Assembly: GCA_014193115.1 (NCBI GenBank) | Contig: BJHQ01000003.1 | Span: 2,768 to 66,767 of the forward strand | DNA: 64,000 bases | DNA from: Planctomycetota bacterium | GTDB lineage: Bacteria; Planctomycetota; UBA11346 | Reading direction: 5' to 3' | Shown here: piece after piece, positions 41,629 through 51,761 of the stretch | Position numbering within the stretch: position 1 is the first letter of the stretch | Layout of the letters: the number at the start of each line of letters is the position of its first letter | Position numbers and translations under genes: made by a program | Notes under the pieces: model-generated | What the model saw: the letters and a program-made list of their open reading frames with translations, nothing else | Database searches by the model: none | What the model was told of the DNA's origin: nothing

Positions 41629-42135
41629 ATGTCCGCACCGTCGCCGCTGGTGGGCGTGATCATGGGCTCCCGCTCCGACTGGGAGACCATGCAGCACGCC
41701 GCCGAGATCCTGGACCGCCTCGCCGTTCCCCACGAGGTCGCCGTGGTCAGCGCCCATCGCACACCGGATCTGCTGTTCTCGTACGCCGACAGCGCGGCCG
41801 GTCGCGGGCTGCAGGTCATCATCGCCGGGGCCGGCGGCGCCGCCCACCTGCCCGGGATGTGCGCCAGCAAGACGGCGTTGCCGGTGCTCGGCGTGCCGGT
41901 GGAATCGAAGGCCCTGCACGGGATGGACTCACTGTTGTCGATCGTGCAGATGCCGGCGGGCATTCCGGTGGCGACCCTCGCCATCGGCAAGGCCGGCGCG
42001 ATCAACGCCGGGCTGCTGGCCAGCGCGATTCTCGCCCTGGGCGATGCGGGATTGGCCGCACGGCTGAGCGCATTCCGCGCCGAGCAGACCGGCAAGGTGC
42101 TTGCCGACCGCGATCCGCGGCTGCCCCTGCCATGA
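41629..42135 (+). CDS. purE: N5-CAIR mutase
   Basis: [22 protein letters not shown] and [10 protein letters not shown]. Confidence 0.97.
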   Translation: MSAPSPLVGVIMGSRSDWETMQHAAEILDRLAVPHEVAVVSAHRTPDLLFSYADSAAGRGLQVIIAGAGGAAHLPGMCASKTALPVLGVPVESKALHGMDSLLSIVQMPAGIPVATLAIGKAGAINAGLLASAILALGDAGLAARLSAFRAEQTGKVLADRDPRLPLP

Positions 42136-42184
42136 ATCTGACGGGCGCTCCCGGTCCCATGTCTGCCATGGATTGTTGAGCCCC

Positions 42185-43267
42185 ATGCGCATCGCCATCC
42201 TCGGCGGCGGCCAGCTCGCGCGCATGCTGGCCCTGGCCGCGATCCCTCTCGGCCATCGGGTGCGGGTCCTCGATCCCTCGCCGGATGCGGGCGCCGGGCA
42301 TTGCGCCGAGCTGATCGTCGGCGAATACGACGACCCTGCCGCCCTCGATCGGTTGGTGTCGGGCTGCGACGTGCTGACCTACGAATTCGAAAACGTTCCG
42401 GTCGCCGCGGCCCAGCGTCTGGCGCTGCGCCTGCCGGTGTCTCCGCCCCCTGCGGCTCTCGCCGTCAGCCAGGACCGGGTCACCGAAAAGACCTTTTTGC
42501 AGTCCCACGGCTGCGCCACCGCACCCTTCGCAGCGATCGCCGACCGCGCCGGGTTGCAACGGGCGGTGGTCGAACTTGGCCTGCCGGCGGTGCTCAAGAC
42601 CCGGCGGCTGGGTTATGACGGCAAGGGCCAGGCGGTCCTGCGCCAGGCCACCGACCTGGACGCCGCCTGGGCCGCCTTGGGCAACGCGCCAGGCGGACTG
42701 ATCCTCGAAGGGTTCGTCGATTTCGAGCGGGAATGCTCGCTGGTCGCCGCCCGCGGCCGGGACGGCGCGGTGGTCTGCTATCCGCTGGCTGAGAACACCC
42801 ATCGCGGCGGCATCCTCAGCACCTCGCTCCTGCCCGGCCCCGGTCTGAGCGCCGCCCTCCAGAGCGAGGCGGAGCGGGTCATGGGCACGATCCTGGCGGC
42901 GCTCGACTATGTCGGCGTCCTGTGCATCGAGTTCTTCGTCGCCGACGGCCGCCTGATCGCCAACGAAATGGCTCCGCGGGTCCACAACAGCGGCCACGGC
43001 ACCATCGAAGGCTGCGTCACCAGCCAATTCGCCAACCATATCCGGGCCATCACCGGGGCACCGCTGGGCAGCCCGGCCGCCCGCGGCGCCAGCGTCATGC
43101 GGAATCTGATCGGCGCCTGGCCCGATCCTGCGCGGATCCTGGCCATTCCCGGCGCCCACCTGCATCTCTATGGCAAGCAGCCGCGAGCCGGGCGCAAGGT
43201 CGGCCACGTCACCCTGATCGATCCGGATCCGGCGGCCCTGGCCGCGCTCGATGCGCTGATCGGCTGA
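42185..43267 (+). CDS. purK: N5-CAIR synthetase
   Basis: ILGGGQLARM, GYDGKGQ, NEMAPRVHNSGH and RKVGH. Confidence 0.96.
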   Translation: MRIAILGGGQLARMLALAAIPLGHRVRVLDPSPDAGAGHCAELIVGEYDDPAALDRLVSGCDVLTYEFENVPVAAAQRLALRLPVSPPPAALAVSQDRVTEKTFLQSHGCATAPFAAIADRAGLQRAVVELGLPAVLKTRRLGYDGKGQAVLRQATDLDAAWAALGNAPGGLILEGFVDFERECSLVAARGRDGAVVCYPLAENTHRGGILSTSLLPGPGLSAALQSEAERVMGTILAALDYVGVLCIEFFVADGRLIANEMAPRVHNSGHGTIEGCVTSQFANHIRAITGAPLGSPAARGASVMRNLIGAWPDPARILAIPGAHLHLYGKQPRAGRKVGHVTLIDPDPAALAALDALIG

Positions 43268-43393
43268 ACATCCTCGGGGCCTGGCGTCTCCTGGCTTGCA
43301 GTTCTGCCGAGTCGCCTATTCTGCCACGCCCCCGACCGGCTGAGCCGGTCACGACACCGGCCGGTCCACCGGTCGCCGACCTCGAGGTTCTCT

Positions 43394-43648
43394 ATGGCAC
43401 ATAAGATGGGCACCGGCTCGACCCAGAACGGTCGGGACAGCAAGGCCAAACGCCGCGGCATCAAGGCCTATGGCGGCGAGACCGTCACCGCCGGCTCGAT
43501 CATCGTCCGCCAGTGCGGCACCAGCTACAAACCCGGTCGCGGCGTCGGCTTGGGTAAAGACTACACCATCTTCGCCCTGATCGACGGCAAGGTGCAGTTC
43601 CGCAACCGCACCATCGATGTCGTCGCCCAGGTCGCAGCCGCCGGCTGA
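43394..43648 (+). CDS. rpmA: 50S ribosomal protein L27
   Basis: MAHK.G.GST.NGRDS, GSIIVRQ.G and [10 protein letters not shown]. Confidence 0.95.
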   Translation: MAHKMGTGSTQNGRDSKAKRRGIKAYGGETVTAGSIIVRQCGTSYKPGRGVGLGKDYTIFALIDGKVQFRNRTIDVVAQVAAAG

Positions 43649-43687
43649 GTCGACAGGCGGGCGGGCCGCTGCTCGGATCGCCCTCGG

Positions 43688-44236
43688 TCAACGTACCCCG
43701 GCCTCTTCGGCAGTGGCCGCCGCGTCGCGCAGCAGGTGCGGATACAACTGCTGATACGCGACATAATCGCCAGCGATCCGGCCGACCCGCACCGCCAGCT
43801 CAGCCGAGAGCGGTTTGACGATCCTGCCGGGCACGCCGGCCACGAGATGGTCATCGGGCACTGAGAGGCCCTCGGGCACGACGCATCCGGCAGCGATCAG
43901 GCAGCGCCTGCCGATCACGGCGCCGTCGAGAATCCGGGCGCCCATCCCGACCAGCGTCCCGTCGCCGACTTGGCAGGCATGGACGATGGCTCCGTGGCCG
44001 ACGCTGACCTCGCCCCCCAATTCGCAGGGCCTCAGCCGCGAGACGTGCAAACAGCACAGATCCTGGATATTGCAGCGCGGTCCCAAGGCGATGTGGTTGA
44101 TATCACCGCGCAGCACAGCGCCGAACCACACCGAGCACTCAGGGCCGAAGCGCACGTCGCCGACCAGGGTCGCATTAGGAGCGAGGAACGCGGGGAGCTG
44201 GGGATTCCGCCCCTGGATCGGGATCAACCAGGCCAT
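43688..44236 (-). CDS. gamma carbonic anhydrase-like hexapeptide protein
   Basis: SVWFGAVLRGD, NIQD..LH and VGHGAIVHAC. Confidence 0.9.
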   Translation of the reverse strand: MAWLIPIQGRNPQLPAFLAPNATLVGDVRFGPECSVWFGAVLRGDINHIALGPRCNIQDLCCLHVSRLRPCELGGEVSVGHGAIVHACQVGDGTLVGMGARILDGAVIGRRCLIAAGCVVPEGLSVPDDHLVAGVPGRIVKPLSAELAVRVGRIAGDYVAYQQLYPHLLRDAAATAEEAGVR

Positions 44237-44281
44237 TTGAACGAGTCTGGATCCGCCCCATCGGGCCACCAGCCGGTCCGC

Positions 44282-45652
44282 TCAGGCGGCGGTCGCCAGG
44301 GGACGTTCGACGATCTGCCAGCGGATGCGCTCAGCCAGGTCGGCAGGCGGAATGGATGCGGATACGCGGTCGGCAGCGACAACATCGATGACCAGGCCGC
44401 GCGGGTCGTGGTGGAACAGCACGGCCAGACCGGGACACCCGGTCGGTACGACGGCGTGGTCGATGCCGGTGATGGAGGCTCCGAACCAGCGGCCGGAGAG
44501 CGCTGATTTCCCGGTGCTGGCGGTGAAGCAGCTGGCGTGGACACCTGGGCCGCCGAAGCCGAGTTCGGCTTGGACCGCGACCTGGGGCAGGAAGCCGAAA
44601 AATCCCAATCCGGCGCCCATCCGCTCGCATCCCTGTGCCGCCAGCCAGGCGCGCTGCTGTTCCTGGATCGTCCTGGCCGCGGCCGCGAGATCCTGGCTGG
44701 CCAGGCCAGCGGGCACCCGGACGAAAGCGTAACCGTGACAGTTGGCGAGCATCCGCCGCTCGCCAGGCGGGCGCAGATCGAGGGCCAATGGCAGCAGCAG
44801 GTCGCCACCGCCGGGTTGGCTCGATTCCAGCGCGGCAGCAAGCGCAGCGAACAGGAAAGCGCTTTCCCCCATCCGGCCGACGGTCGCACGGACCCGGCTC
44901 TGGGCGGCTGCGGTCGCGTCCCGGCCCAGGGCAAGGGTGCTGGCGGACAGAGCCCTGGCGCGGTTGGCGGGCGATGGCGGTCGAGACGCGCCGCGGGGGG
45001 AAGGTTGGTGCAGCGGCTTCCACAGGCGGACCAGGCGATGGGGTTTGAGCAACGGCATCAGGGTCGAGGCCAGCCGGCCACGGACTGCCAAACCGGCGGG
45101 CAGACCAGGCTGATCGCGATAGCCGGCGTGCCACCACGGTTCGGACCACCGCGTCCGGTCCAAGGTCGGCAGGGCTTCCAGCACCGCCAAGGCACCGCGG
45201 GCATCGCAGGCGAGGTGATTCCAGGCCACGACCACCGCCTGGTCGCAGACCACGACCCGGAATCCGTTCGGGCCGGGACCGTGCTCCAACAGGTACCGGC
45301 GCGCCGCTGCCGGATCGGCAAGACCGAGATCCCCAGCCGATTCACTGCGTAGGGCAAGAGGGCCGCGCAAGCGCAGCCGCAGACCGCGCAGGCCCGGTAC
45401 GGCTATCGCCGCCAGCGGCCAAGCGGCACGGCCGAGGGCGCACAGCCCACGATCCAAGCCGGCGCGATCCAAGCCGGCGCGATCCAAGCCGGCTTGATCC
45501 GGTTCCTGGGCGAGATGGACCACCAGCACCCCGACATTGCCGCATCCGCCATCCTCGCGGATGATCCGATCGAGGATGGCGGCGAAGACATCACCGGGAC
45601 CAGGCTGTTGGAACAGCCACGGGTGATGCGCTGGCTGGTTCCGGAGCGGCAT
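44282..45652 (-). CDS. condensation-domain / CoA-dependent acyltransferase-like protein
   Basis: WNHLACDARG (HxxxD) and LALDLRP...LAN. Confidence 0.6.
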   Translation of the reverse strand: MPLRNQPAHHPWLFQQPGPGDVFAAILDRIIREDGGCGNVGVLVVHLAQEPDQAGLDRAGLDRAGLDRGLCALGRAAWPLAAIAVPGLRGLRLRLRGPLALRSESAGDLGLADPAAARRYLLEHGPGPNGFRVVVCDQAVVVAWNHLACDARGALAVLEALPTLDRTRWSEPWWHAGYRDQPGLPAGLAVRGRLASTLMPLLKPHRLVRLWKPLHQPSPRGASRPPSPANRARALSASTLALGRDATAAAQSRVRATVGRMGESAFLFAALAAALESSQPGGGDLLLPLALDLRPPGERRMLANCHGYAFVRVPAGLASQDLAAAARTIQEQQRAWLAAQGCERMGAGLGFFGFLPQVAVQAELGFGGPGVHASCFTASTGKSALSGRWFGASITGIDHAVVPTGCPGLAVLFHHDPRGLVIDVVAADRVSASIPPADLAERIRWQIVERPLATAA

Positions 45653-45653
45653 G

Positions 45654-45944
45654 TCAGCGCCCGGCAGGCCGGAACCGTTCCGCCGCTTCGCCAGTGTCCT
45701 CGCAGCGGGCGTCTTCGTCCGGGGTCAGGGTGGTGTCGACGCGGGAGCAGACCACGCCTTCGGCTTCGAGCGCGGCCCGAACCGACTTGGTGCCCAGGGC
45801 CTCGCCGGCGACTGTGGCGTTCCAGCCGTTGGGAGCGATCCACACCGCTTTGGCCTTGGCCAGGCCGGCCAGGGCGAGCTGTGTCAGCACCCGGCCGTCG
45901 CGGCTGAGCGGTTTGGCGAAGGCAATTGTGACCAGCATAGTCAT
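45654..45944 (-). CDS. hypothetical protein
   Basis: ATGA overlap with the parB stop; fills the gap in the operon. Confidence 0.65.
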   Translation of the reverse strand: MTMLVTIAFAKPLSRDGRVLTQLALAGLAKAKAVWIAPNGWNATVAGEALGTKSVRAALEAEGVVCSRVDTTLTPDEDARCEDTGEAAERFRPAGR

Positions 45945-46888
45945 GGGCGTGGTCCGGTCGCATCGCGCGGTGGGTCGGTGCGCAGTGAAGAAGCTTCGGT
46001 CCGGGTCTGGCGGATAAACCGCTCCATGATCGCAACGATCCGTTGGAACTGGTCTTTACCGGAAAAATGCAGCGTGATGTTCCCAGAACCATCGGCGCGC
46101 TCGCGGACGGCGACCCGGGTGCCGAACAAGTGCAGCAGGTTCGCTTCAAGCTCTTTGAGGTGCGGTGGCTTGCGCGAACGGCCGGCGTCGGCGTCGGAGG
46201 CTGGGATCGGCTGCTCCTGGTCCGGCCCGGACCGGGCCAGCCGCTCGACCTCGCGCACCGACAGGCCATCGGCCGCCGCCCGCTCGGCCAGGGTCTGCTG
46301 CCAAGCCGGATCGGCGCAGCTGAGCAGGGCTTTGGCGTGGCCCTGGCTCAGCGTGCCATCGGTCAACCGGGCGATGATGGCCGACGGCAGATCGAGCAGG
46401 CGGAGGAGGTTGGAGACGCTGCTGCGCTCCTTATTGACCCGATCGGCGACCTGATCGTGGGTCAGGCCATGCTGGTCGATCAGAGCGCGATAGGCCCGAG
46501 CCAGTTCGACGGCATTCAAATCTTGGCGCTGGATGTTCTCGACCAGTCTCAGCTCGGCAACGTGCTGTGGATTGTCCTCTTCGCGGACCACGACTGGTAC
46601 CCGGAGCAGTCCAGCCAGACGGGCGGCTCGCCATCGTCGTTCGCCAGAGAGGATTTCGTAGCCGACCTCCCGGCGCAAGACAACGATCGGCTGAAGCATG
46701 CCGTGTTGGCGGAGGCTGGCAGCAAGCTCGGTGAGCGATGCCTCGTCAAAATCGGTCCTCGGGTTGGCGGACGGTGGCCGCAGCAAACCGAGGTCGACTT
46801 CCAGATAACCCTTGGTCGGTTCCTTCCGAGCGGTTCGCTGGAACACGTCGGCTAAACTTTTACCAAGGGTATGGTCAGCGAATGACAT
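45941..46888 (-). CDS. parB: chromosome partitioning protein ParB
   Basis: NPRTDF, LQPIVV, SGERRWRAA, LVENIQRQDL and HTH. Confidence 0.95.
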   Translation of the reverse strand: MSFADHTLGKSLADVFQRTARKEPTKGYLEVDLGLLRPPSANPRTDFDEASLTELAASLRQHGMLQPIVVLRREVGYEILSGERRWRAARLAGLLRVPVVVREEDNPQHVAELRLVENIQRQDLNAVELARAYRALIDQHGLTHDQVADRVNKERSSVSNLLRLLDLPSAIIARLTDGTLSQGHAKALLSCADPAWQQTLAERAAADGLSVREVERLARSGPDQEQPIPASDADAGRSRKPPHLKELEANLLHLFGTRVAVRERADGSGNITLHFSGKDQFQRIVAIMERFIRQTRTEASSLRTDPPRDATGPRP

Positions 46889-46903
46889 GGATCGTTCGAA
46901 TCA

Positions 46904-47644
46904 TTAGGATGGTTTTATCAGGGAGAGGAGCCATCGCGTGGCTTCGAGATAGGCCAAGGCTCCTGCACAAAGTGGGTCGTAGGTCGTGATGGTTGCACTA
47001 TGGCTTGGTGCAGCAGCCAGCGAGGTATCGCGAGGGATGGGAACAGGTGCAATGTGATTGGGGAAGTGTTTGCCAATTTCAGCAAGGACCTGATGAGACA
47101 TGATGATGTCAGGATCAAACATGGTGACCAGGATGCCAGCAAGACGAAGCTGGAGCTGGGCGGTTATTCTTAATTGGTCAACATATGCCAGAAGTTGGCT
47201 CAGGCCCTCCAGGGCAAAATATTCACTTTGGAGGGGGATCAGCAGATAGTCAGCAGCAAGCAACGCGTTTGTTGGCAAAACGGTCAGGTTTGGAGGCGAA
47301 TCGATCAAAATAAGATCGAAGTGAGGCTGGTGCTGGACCAACAGGCTGGAGAGTGCCCTCCGGCCATCATGAGACTGTGCCAGGACTTGTTCACGATCCA
47401 GCAAGTCATTCCCGGCAACGATACAGCTGAGATTCGAGTGGGCGGTGGAGACAGGCTTTGCTCCGCCATAAATGGACGGACCCTCAACGTCAGGCGCCAA
47501 AACGCTAGAGGCATTCCCCTGTGGATCGTTGTCAACAACCAGCACGCGCTGGCCAGCAAGGGCAGCGAACGCAGCAACATTCACCACGGTCGTCGTTTTG
47601 CCAACGCCACCCTTTTGGTTGGCGACAGCAAGAATGGTGGCCAT
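46904..47644 (-). CDS. parA: chromosome partitioning ATPase ParA/Soj
   Basis: NQKGGVGKTT, DPQGNAS, IDSPP and PLQSEYFALEGL. Confidence 0.95.
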   Translation of the reverse strand: MATILAVANQKGGVGKTTTVVNVAAFAALAGQRVLVVDNDPQGNASSVLAPDVEGPSIYGGAKPVSTAHSNLSCIVAGNDLLDREQVLAQSHDGRRALSSLLVQHQPHFDLILIDSPPNLTVLPTNALLAADYLLIPLQSEYFALEGLSQLLAYVDQLRITAQLQLRLAGILVTMFDPDIIMSHQVLAEIGKHFPNHIAPVPIPRDTSLAAAPSHSATITTYDPLCAGALAYLEATRWLLSLIKPS

Positions 47645-47651
47645 GGCCAGA

Positions 47652-47667
47652 GGTTCTACGTGGAACA
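47652..47667. promoter_or_regulatory. parS site
   Basis: GGTTCTACGTGGAACA vs consensus TGTTTCACGTGAAACA. Confidence 0.7.
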
Positions 47668-47687
47668 CGCCGGTCAAGAGCCAAAGG

Positions 47688-47703
47688 CGTTCCACGTGGA
47701 ACA
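47688..47703. promoter_or_regulatory. parS site
   Basis: Near-perfect palindrome CGTTCCACGTGGAACA. Confidence 0.85.
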
Positions 47704-47864
47704 GCAGGCTTTGAAAGACCATCCAAATATAGGTTCAAACAAACCTGTTCCGGTTTTGAGAGCTGTGAGTGCTGATAGCCGAGGACTTGCTAAGGCGCTG
47801 ATCCGATCGTAGGCTGGAAGACTCGGGATGCCTAGTTCCCATCGTCCTGCTGGAGCACGCCGTC

Positions 47865-48134
47865 ATGTCCGACGCCATCGCCGCCCAAGTGAATGAAGCG
47901 ATTGCCGCTGAGTTTGAGCTCGACGTCACCACGTTGACGCCAGAGGCTCGACTCATTGAGGACGTCGGCTTGGACAGTCTGGATAGCGTCGATCTGATTG
48001 CGACCTTGGAGCGGACCTTCAAGGTCAAATGCCCAGAAGCCGAAGCTCGCAAGATGCGCACGGTTGGGGACATCCATCGCTTTGTGGCGACCCTTCTTCC
48101 CGCTCCGCCAGCCGGCGTGCGCCAGGCCGCCTGA
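47865..48134 (+). CDS. acyl carrier protein
   Basis: EDVGLDSLDSVDL...LE..F and RTVGDI. Confidence 0.9.
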   Translation: MSDAIAAQVNEAIAAEFELDVTTLTPEARLIEDVGLDSLDSVDLIATLERTFKVKCPEAEARKMRTVGDIHRFVATLLPAPPAGVRQAA

Positions 48135-48180
48135 GGTTGGCGCTTGCCGCAAGCAGCTGATTCATAGGCTCACGACTATC

Positions 48181-48334
48181 ATGGCGCTTCAGCGCATCCA
48201 ATCGGGTCTGCGACTTCCCAGGGGGTTCCTGGCCTAAGGCCACGGAACCCGGTGGGCTGCGCGCCCATCTCCGCCAGCGGCCCTCGCCGCGGCGGTTTCC
48301 CGACCCAAAGCGCTTCTGAGCGCTGGATGCTGCC
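48181..48334 (+). promoter_or_regulatory. possible leuA leader peptide / attenuator
   Basis: uORF 48181-48237 MALQRIQSGLRLPRGFLA (4 Leu), with complementarity to the region just before the leuA start. Confidence 0.35.
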
Positions 48335-50011
48335 ATGACTCCTGTCTCAACCGTCCCACCCCAGTTCTCCCGCGAAGCAGGGTCGTCGACCCGCTCACCG
48401 GTCGATAACATCCTGATCTTCGATACCACCTTGCGCGATGGCGAGCAATCGCCTGGCGCGTCGATGAACCTGACAGAAAAAGTCGAAGTCGCCCGCACCC
48501 TGGAGGGCCTGGGCGTGGATATCATTGAGGCCGGATTTCCGATCGCGTCGCCTGACGACTTCGCCGCGGTCCAGAGCATCGCCCGGGAAACCAGCCGGTC
48601 CCGGATTTGCGGACTGGCCCGAAGTGTCCGCGGCGACATCGAGCGCTGCGCCGACGCCGTCCGCCCGGCTGGCGCCCGGGCCCGAATCCACGTGTTCCTG
48701 GCGACCAGCGCCATCCATCGCCAGTTCAAGCTGAACAAGGCGAAAGAAGAGATCGTGCGCATGGCGCGGACTGCGGTCGAGCATGCCCGCAGCCTGATCG
48801 ACGATGTCGAGTTCTCCTGCGAGGACGCGAGCCGCACGGAGCCTGATTTCCTGTCGGAAGTGGTCGAGGCGGTGATCGCTGCAGGCGCGAGCACCGTGAA
48901 CATCCCCGACACCCTGGGCTATGCCTATCCCGAAGACTACGCGGCGCTGATCCGGCATTTGAAGCAGCGGGTCCGCGGCATCGACCAGGTGGTGATCAGC
49001 GTCCACTGCCACAACGATCTGGGTTTGGCGGTGGCCAACAGCCTGGCAGCGATCCGCGCCGGTGCCCGGCAGGTCGAATGCACCATCAATGGCATCGGCG
49101 AACGGGCCGGCAACTGCGCCATGGAAGAAGTCGTGATGGCGATGCGAGTCCGGCGGGACCAGTTCCCCGGCGCGGCCGGTCCGCTGTGGACCGGTATCGA
49201 CAGCACCAAGCTGTTCGGTGCCAGCCGCCTGGTCCAGTCGATCACCGGCCTGCCGTTGCAGCGCAACAAGGCCATCGTCGGCGACAATGCCTTTGCCCAC
49301 GAATCCGGAATTCATCAGGACGGGGTGATCAAGAATCCCGAATGCTATGAGATCATGACCCCCGCCTCAGTGGGCGTGCCAGCGACCAACCTGGTCCTGG
49401 GTAAGCACTCCGGCCGGGCCGCTCTGGCCAAACGATTCACCGACCTGGGGGTGGCGGTGGCTGACACCGATCTGGACCGGGTCTTCGCCGCGTTCAAGAC
49501 CTTGGCCGATCGGAAGAAAGAAATTTACGATGGCGATCTGATCGCCCTGGTCGAAGAGGTCGTCCGCGGCCACACCATCAGCGAATGGCGGTTGGACCAC
49601 CTGCACCATTCCGCCACCGCTGGCGAAGGCACCTCACCCAAGCTGGCGACGGCCACCGTCCGGCTGATCCGCGACGGCGAGGCCCGCACCGACGCGGCCA
49701 CCGGCGACGGCCCGGTTGAGGCCGTGGTGCTGGCGATGAACCGGATCTGCGGCATTTCCGGCACGGTCGAGGACTACCGCCTGCGCGCCGTGACCAAGGG
49801 CGGCGACGCCCAGGGCGAGGTCGCGATCCGGGCCAGGTTCACCCGCGTCGACCCGAGCCAGCCGGCGATCGTCGTCGGCGGTAAGGGGCTGAGCACCGAC
49901 ATCGTCCACGCCAGCGCCTTGGCCTGGCTCGACGCGATCAACCGCGCCGCGGTCTATCAGGCCCGGACTCTGGCCAGCCATCAGGCCCAAGCAGCGGCGC
50001 TGATCCCGTAA
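48335..50011 (+). CDS. leuA: 2-isopropylmalate synthase
   Basis: FDTTLRDGEQ, HCHNDLG, GIGERAGN, HESGIHQDG and the regulatory domain GDGPVEA. Confidence 0.96.
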   Translation: MTPVSTVPPQFSREAGSSTRSPVDNILIFDTTLRDGEQSPGASMNLTEKVEVARTLEGLGVDIIEAGFPIASPDDFAAVQSIARETSRSRICGLARSVRGDIERCADAVRPAGARARIHVFLATSAIHRQFKLNKAKEEIVRMARTAVEHARSLIDDVEFSCEDASRTEPDFLSEVVEAVIAAGASTVNIPDTLGYAYPEDYAALIRHLKQRVRGIDQVVISVHCHNDLGLAVANSLAAIRAGARQVECTINGIGERAGNCAMEEVVMAMRVRRDQFPGAAGPLWTGIDSTKLFGASRLVQSITGLPLQRNKAIVGDNAFAHESGIHQDGVIKNPECYEIMTPASVGVPATNLVLGKHSGRAALAKRFTDLGVAVADTDLDRVFAAFKTLADRKKEIYDGDLIALVEEVVRGHTISEWRLDHLHHSATAGEGTSPKLATATVRLIRDGEARTDAATGDGPVEAVVLAMNRICGISGTVEDYRLRAVTKGGDAQGEVAIRARFTRVDPSQPAIVVGGKGLSTDIVHASALAWLDAINRAAVYQARTLASHQAQAAALIP

Positions 50012-50154
50012 GTCGCTGGTCGGTCGTGGAGCGATGTGCATGCTCCAAGGCCATCGCTCTGCGGATCGTGCATCACCCCGAGAAACGCAGTTGGGGAGCC
50101 GCCAAGACGGCCATGGCGCCTTGGCGGTTCATCTGCAATTCTGCAGATCAGGGT

Positions 50155-51444
50155 TCAGGCCGGCAGAGTCACGGTGAACCGTGCCCCGCCCAGCGGTCCG
50201 TCCTCGACCGAGATCGCGCCTCCGTGCCCGGCGATCAGTGTGTGGGCGATGGCCAGGCCCAGGCCCGTTCCCTGGCTGCGGGTGGAATGGAACGGAGTGA
50301 ATAAATGCTGCCGCAGTTCAGGCGCGATGCCGGGGCCATCGTCATCGATGGTCAGGCGCAGGCGCAGGCCGCCGTCCTCGGCCAGGGCCTGGTCGGCGGT
50401 CACCACCACCCGTCCAGGCCCGCCTTCGCCGCCTTGGTCGCTGCGCGCCTCGGCCACTGCATGGACCGCATTCTGGACCAGGTTGAGCAGGACCTGGCGA
50501 ATCTGCCCTGGGTCGAGGGCGACCTCGCCGCCCTGCCAGCGGTCGGCCAGGGTCAACGCCACCTGGGGCGGAGCTTCTGCCCGGACCAGATCGCAGACTG
50601 CACGGGCCAGGTCGCCGGGAATCGTCGGCCGCCGATCCGGCGCCCGGGCCCGGGTGAAGGTCAACAGATCACCCACCGTCCGGTCGAGGTCGCGGACGCC
50701 GGCGCCGATCGCCTCGGCCCAGCGCCGGCGGCGGAGGGAATCGGGATCGTTTCCCGCCAGATCGTGGAGGAGCAGCGAGGCGAAACCCTGGATGCCGTTG
50801 AGCGGGTTGCGCACTTCGTGGGCGACGCCGGCAGCCATGGCGCCGAGCTGACGCAGGCGGTCTTCCCGTTCGAGGTGGTCGTGGAGGCGGCGCAGCTCGG
50901 TCACGTCTTCGAATATCTCGACGGCGCCGAGCAGCGTGGAGCCGACCGGCGACGCGCCCGGGGCGGCCGGCTCTGCCCGGACCGGCGCCGCAGAGCAGGC
51001 CAGGATCCGCTTGCCTCCGGGGCCGGGCACGGTCCTCTCATACCGCCTGGGCCGGCCATCGCGCAGCACCTCAAGCAGCGGACTGCCGGGGAAGGCCGTG
51101 GCCCAATGTGCGCCCACCGGATCGGCCAGAACCTTGCTGAGCGCCGCCGCCGCCGCTGGATTGCAGGTGGTGACCACGCCCAGGGGATCGACCGCGACCA
51201 CGCCCGAAGCCACCGAGCCGAGCACCAGGTCGAGCCAGGCGGTCAGCCGGTCGAGCTGGGCCAGACGTTCGGCCAGCTCGCGGTTGGCGGCGGTCAGCCG
51301 GGCATTGGCCTCGACCAGCTCGCGGGTCCGTGCCGACAACAGGCTTTCCAGGCGCTGGACCTGGGCCGCCAAAGCCCCGGTGGTCTCATCGAACAGGCGC
51401 AGGGCGGCAGCAAGATCGGGCAGCCCGGTCTGAGGTTCGTTCAT
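50155..51444 (-). CDS. PAS sensor histidine kinase (FleS/FlgS-like)
   Basis: N-terminal coiled coil, PAS, LGAMAAGVAHEVRNPL, FTPFHSTR and GTGLGL. Confidence 0.88.
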   Translation of the reverse strand: MNEPQTGLPDLAAALRLFDETTGALAAQVQRLESLLSARTRELVEANARLTAANRELAERLAQLDRLTAWLDLVLGSVASGVVAVDPLGVVTTCNPAAAAALSKVLADPVGAHWATAFPGSPLLEVLRDGRPRRYERTVPGPGGKRILACSAAPVRAEPAAPGASPVGSTLLGAVEIFEDVTELRRLHDHLEREDRLRQLGAMAAGVAHEVRNPLNGIQGFASLLLHDLAGNDPDSLRRRRWAEAIGAGVRDLDRTVGDLLTFTRARAPDRRPTIPGDLARAVCDLVRAEAPPQVALTLADRWQGGEVALDPGQIRQVLLNLVQNAVHAVAEARSDQGGEGGPGRVVVTADQALAEDGGLRLRLTIDDDGPGIAPELRQHLFTPFHSTRSQGTGLGLAIAHTLIAGHGGAISVEDGPLGGARFTVTLPA

Positions 51445-51614
51445 CCGCGGTCTCGGCACCAGAGATCCGCCTGGAAAACCCAGGCATGAACCGCCAGGAC
51501 GCCAGGGCGCCAAGGAATTCGGCTGGAACATCCCGCGAGGAACAGGGGCTTCCCTCGTGATCGACGCGATCGACGTGGTTGCAGCCCTGCGCAGCGGGGA
51601 CGTTCTTTGCCAGG

Positions 51615-51660
51615 CCCTGGCCGGTTGTGAGTCCCTGGCCGGTTGTGAGTCCCTGGCCGG
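51615..51660. repeat. 18-bp tandem repeat x2.5
   Basis: Unit CCCTGGCCGGTTGTGAGT. Confidence 0.8.
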
Positions 51661-51761
51661 GCTTGCGTCCCGGCATCGCGAAACCGGACATCCTCTCGCG
51701 GCACACAAAGAAAAGCTGGTGTCGATTGGGAGGTCACGACTGGTTCAAGCACGAAGCCGCC

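Noticed and set aside
47645..47722. ParA N-terminal extension (FHVER/FHVEP)
   Set aside because: These peptides are translated parS palindromes; the true start is 47644.
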